A program made the position numbers and the translations under genes. Positions 61,500-62,790 of a stretch of DNA of 62,790 nt are shown here, one piece after another. Source of the DNA: Chiloscyllium plagiosum (taxonomy: Eukaryota). Positions within the stretch are counted from its first letter, which is position 1. Every line of letters starts with the position of its first letter. The DNA lies in assembly GCF_004010195.1 (NCBI RefSeq), contig NC_057760.1, positions 3,800,901-3,863,690 on the forward strand, in the 5' to 3' direction. The notes under the pieces are model-generated. The model was given only the letters and a program-made list of their open reading frames with translations, was not told the origin of the DNA and did not search any database.

Positions 61500-62790
61500 G
61501 AATGGGCAGATGTGAGGGATGCCATCGACGTCCCTGCCGATTACACTTGCAGGAAGTGCACCCATCTCCAGCTCCTCCAAGACCGTGTTAGGGAACTGGA
61601 GCTGGAGTTGGATGAACTTCGGATCATTCGGGAGGCAGAGGGGGTCATAGATCAGAGTTATAGGGAGGTAGTAACTCCAAAGATGGCAGATAGATGGGTG
61701 ACAGTGAGGGGGACTGGGAGGAAGCAGCCAGTGCAGGGACCCCCTGCGGCCATTCCCCACAAGAACAAGTATACCGTTTGGGATACTTGTGGGGGGGATG
61801 ACTTACCAGGGGTAAGTAACGGGGCTCAGGTCTCTGGCACGGAGCCTGTCCCCGTTACTCAGAAGGGAAGGGTGAAGAAGAGCAGAGCAGTAGTAATTGG
61901 GGACTCGAAAGTTCGGGGCACAGATAGGCGGTTTGTGGGAACGAGAGAGACTCACGTTTGGTATGTTGCCTCCCAGGTGCAAGGGTACGTGATGTCTCTG
62001 ACCGTGTTTTCCGGGTCCTGGAGGGGGAGGGGGAGCAACCCGAAGTCGTGGTCCACATTGGCACCAACGACATAGGTAGGAGGAGCGCTGAGGATGTAAG
62101 GCAGACCTTCAGGGAGCTAGGTTGGAAGCACAGAGTTAGAACGAACAGAGTTGTTGTCTCTGGTTTGTTACCCGTGCCACGTGATAGAGAGTCGAGGAAT
62201 AGGGAGAGAGAACAGTTAAATGCGTGGCTACAGGGATGGTGCAGGAGGGAGGGATTCCGGTATCTGGATAACTGGGGTTCTTTCTGGGGACGGTGGGACC
62301 CCTATAAACAGGATGGTCTACACCTGAACCTAAGGGGCACCAGTATCCTTGTTGGGAGGTTTGCTAGTGCTCTTGGGGGGGGATTAAACTAACTCTGCCG
62401 GGGCATGGGAACCCAGACTGTAGCTTTAGGGTGCAAGACATGGAGTGTAGGGAGGTTAGGAACATGGCAATAATTTCCAAGGAGGGTGTCTGTAAACAGG
62501 AAAGTGGCTTGAAGTGTGTATACTTCAATGCAAGAAGTATACGAAATAAGGTAGGTGAACTTGCAGCGTGGGTAGGTACCTGGGACTTCGATGTTGTGGC
62601 TATTACGGAGACATGGCTAGAACAGGGACAGGATTGGCAGTTGCGGGTTCCAGGATTTAAATGTTTTAGTAGGGACAGAGGTGGGGGTAAAAGAGGGGGA
62701 GGTATGGCATTGCTTGTCAAAGATAGTATTACAGAGGTGGAAAGGACGATGGATGAGGACTTGCCACCTGAGGTAGTTTGGGCTGAGGTT
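61500..62790 (+). mobile_element. CR1-type LINE 5' part: ORF1 (CxxC, coiled coil, SGNH esterase; one frameshift) and start of ORF2 AP endonuclease
   Basis: YTCRKC, VIGDS, VVVHIGTND and DGLHL motifs in two overlapping ORFs (frameshift near 61935-61960). From about 62509: KCVYFNARSIRNK...VAITETW...RGGGMALLVK. Runs off the window end. Confidence 0.9.

Noticed and set aside
61958..62392. Stand-alone SGNH/GDSL esterase gene
   Set aside because: It is the esterase domain of CR1 ORF1, frameshifted and directly followed by the ORF2 endonuclease.

Overview
Vertebrate genomic DNA, almost certainly from a cartilaginous fish (shark): it carries HE1/V-SINE-type SINEs, abundant CR1 LINE fragments and Penelope-derived short elements. 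There are two spliced protein-coding genes, both on the minus strand. The right half holds the last 8 coding exons of thrombospondin-3 (THBS3, 42058-58977; the 5' part lies beyond the window). The left half holds 6 coding exons of a transmembrane SEA-domain mucin (1610-26372; terminal exon not found) whose signal exon, SEA cleavage site, TM helix (VPGWGIALLVLVC) and Tyr-rich tail match mammalian MUC1. Between the genes, on the plus strand, is a miR-92b hairpin followed about 65 nt later by a second miR-92/25-seed hairpin. The order MUC1(-) / MIR92B(+) / THBS3(-) repeats the human 1q22 arrangement. This argues for a true MUC1 orthologue in a shark, although MUC1 is usually described as mammal-specific. 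Its 24-bp VNTR is unusual in encoding an N-glycosylation sequon in nearly every unit. The rest is repeats: CR1, L2, RTE, Rex/Babar, a Gypsy relic, SINEs, Penelope-derived fold-back elements with hammerhead-ribozyme motifs, and minisatellites. Exon boundaries were read by hand (GT-AG, phase-consistent). Repeat boundaries are approximate, and comparisons to human sequences are from memory, not database searches.
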